Below, piece by piece: positions 61,928 through 64,000 of a DNA stretch of 64,000 nt. Every line of letters begins with the position of its first letter. The stretch's first letter is position 1. The DNA is from Selaginella moellendorffii (taxonomy: Eukaryota > Plantae > Lycopodiophyta): NCBI RefSeq assembly GCF_000143415.4, contig NW_003314365.1:74708-138707 (forward strand), written 5' to 3'. Under the pieces are notes generated by a model. That model ran no database searches. It saw nothing but the letters and a program-made list of their open reading frames with translations, and was not told the DNA's origin. The translations under genes were made by a program, and so were the position numbers.

Positions 61928-64000
61928 TGAAGAGGTGTGAAACCTCCTCTTCGCTGGAAATCTATTGTTANNNNNNNNNNNNNNNNNNNNNNNNNNNNNN
62001 NNNNNNNNNNNNNNNNNNNNNNNNNNNNNNNNNNNNNNNNNNNNNNNNNNNNNNNNNNNNNNNNNNNNNNNNNNNNNNNNNNNNNNNNNNNNNNNNNNNN
62101 NNNNNNNNNNNNNNNNNNNNNNNNNNNNNNNNNNNNNNNNNNNNNNNNNNNNNNNNNNNNNNNNNNNNNNNNNNNNNNNNNNNNNNNNNNNNNNNNNNNN
62201 NNNNNNNNNNNNNNNNNNNNNNNNNNNNNNNNNNNNNNNNNNNNNNNNNNNNNNNNNNNNNNNNNNNNNNNNNNNNNNNNNNNNNNNNNNNNNNNNNNNN
62301 NNNNNNNNNNNNNNNNNNNNNNNNNNNNNNNNNNNNNNNNNNNNNNNNNNNNNNNNNNNNNNNNNNNNNNNNNNNNNNNNNNNNNNNNNNNNNNNNNNNN
62401 NNNNNNNNNNNNNNNNNNNNNNNNNNNNNNNNNNNNNNNNNNNNNNNNNNNNNNNNNNNNNNNNNNNNNNNNNNNNAATTCGTGAGTTGCTGATGGGGTT
62501 GATGGCTGCTTGGAGACAATCTTCTTGATGTTCTGGAGGTCAATGCAGATCTGCTTCATCACTAATTCGGGTGGTTGTAGAGCGAGTTGCCGTTGTATCT
62601 TGGCGGCTAACTTCTGCTTCTTTTCCCATTCCCGGAGTTTTGTTGGGCTCTCAGGGCCTTTCTCTTTACTATCTCCGGAATCTCTATCTGGTTGTTGTTG
62701 TTTTTCTGCTCGAATTTGTGCTCGGGTTTGTACTGCCATGACTTGAGGATCTGAGTCATCATTGTCGGCATAAGGTAGTTCGTCGGTCTCGACCATCCTT
62801 GTTGTTGGTGGTTGCTGCTGGTTTTGATCTTGTTGTCGAGGAGGCGGTGGACCAAGTCTCAGCGGACCGCCTTGGTTTTGAAGTCGAGGTTGCCATGCTC
62901 GGTTGTTACAATTGCCTTGGTAGCCATGGTCTTGATAACCTTGGCCTTGGTATCTTCGGTTTTGGTATCTTGGGTATTGTTGGTATCCTTGGTTGTAGTT
63001 GTCTCGGTTTGCTAGGTAGTTCCAGTTCGGCGGGTGTTGTTGATCGTTGTAGTTGTTGTTGTAGTTGTTGTTGTAATTGTTGTAATTCTTGTAGCGAGGT
63101 TGATCATTCCATTGTCGACTCTGGTGTTGGAAGTTGTTTCTCAACAGTCTCCAGTTTGTTGGAGGTGGTGGCTGGTAATTGTTGAAGTATTGATTTGGAT
63201 ATGGTTTTCGAAATTGCTGTCGGGGATAGTTCGAGACTTGTCAAACTTCTAGAGAATTCAAAATCTGCAAGCTTTGGCATCATGACCTTCTTTGGTACAG
63301 ATCTGGCATTTGGAGATTTGGAGCTTGTAGTCACTTGCCGGATGTCCTTCGTTCTTGCACTTAGTACACCAAATTCTAGATCGAAATTCTTTGATGTCGG
63401 CCTTGGCTTTTCCCTTGAGCTTGTCGATTGTTTTCTTGAGTTTCCGAAGTTTTGACTTGGTGCTTTCTCCGAGTTCATCTCGGAGTTGTCGTTGGAACTA
63501 CTATCAGAATCTGAGTTATCTGTGTCATCTACTTGTGCTGTCATTCGTCGAGCTTGAACATCTTGATGGGCTCTTGTGAGTTCGAGATAAGTGGCAACGT
63601 TGATGTGCGTTGCCGCTTCTTAGAGGGATCGTTGGAGTCCTTGCATGTACCATTGGTAAAGTAATGTTTCGGTGGCACTGTTGCCGCATTTGCTGGCATG
63701 TTGAGTGAAGGTTTGAGTGTAGTTGTCGATGGATTGACCAGACTTCTACTTGAGTTTTTGGATCTTGTGAAGTCGTTGGCTTTGAGTGAGGGAAGACTTG
63801 AATCGGTCTACGAGCTTGAGTGCGAGGTCGTCGAAACTTGTATTTTGAGGAAGCGTTTGAGCCCATTTGTTGGCTCTCTTTCGAAAGGGTACATCAGAAA
63901 TAGTATGGAAGTTCAGTCGTCTGGCTGTTGATTCGGATTGCTTCTCGGAACTGTTCAACATGTTTCTTGGCATCTTCTGACTTCAGACCATGAAATAGTG
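61928..64000 (-). mobile_element. Ty3/Gypsy copy 4, pol deleted, runs off the window
   Basis: LTR start TGAAGAGG after CAATG, then a gap. Junction at 62558-62560 joins the terminal ORF to gag. Confidence 0.9.
61971..62476. other. Assembly gap (506 N)
   Basis: N run equal in length to the homologous interval 5797-6302. Confidence 1.

Noticed and set aside
61885-62543. Long ORFs spanning N runs (also 51733-52162, 60149-60871)
   Set aside because: Artefacts of assembly gaps.

Overview
Eukaryotic land-plant DNA. PLS-class PPR fragments (MYGKCG), 55-64 bp introns, Crinkler-like remnants and the TE set suggest a lycophyte such as Selaginella (inference). The window is a tandem segmental-duplication array. 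A ~5-6.4 kb host unit, made of decayed F-box/LRR paralogs, PPR fragments, a 3-exon START-like gene fragment and a tRNA-like module, alternates with one Ty3/Gypsy LTR retrotransposon (minus strand, 295-bp LTRs, CGATG TSD). The element sits at the same site in 4 copies, and the empty site is visible at ~137-141. Copy 1 carries nested insertions: a hAT transposon (12-bp TIR, 8-bp TSD) that itself contains a 194-bp 5S-rRNA-bearing Cassandra-type solo LTR, plus a 1.5-kb solo LTR with a minisatellite. A single-copy island (~56.2-59.4 kb) holds a degenerate Crinkler/RHS-type P-loop gene, PPR remnants and a second tRNA-like sequence. I can support no intact full-length host gene, and most short ORFs in the track are noise. 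Best leads: the Cassandra LTR and its terminus shared with the 1.5-kb LTR, the unusual Gypsy ORF architecture, and the tRNA-like module that ends every F-box paralog.
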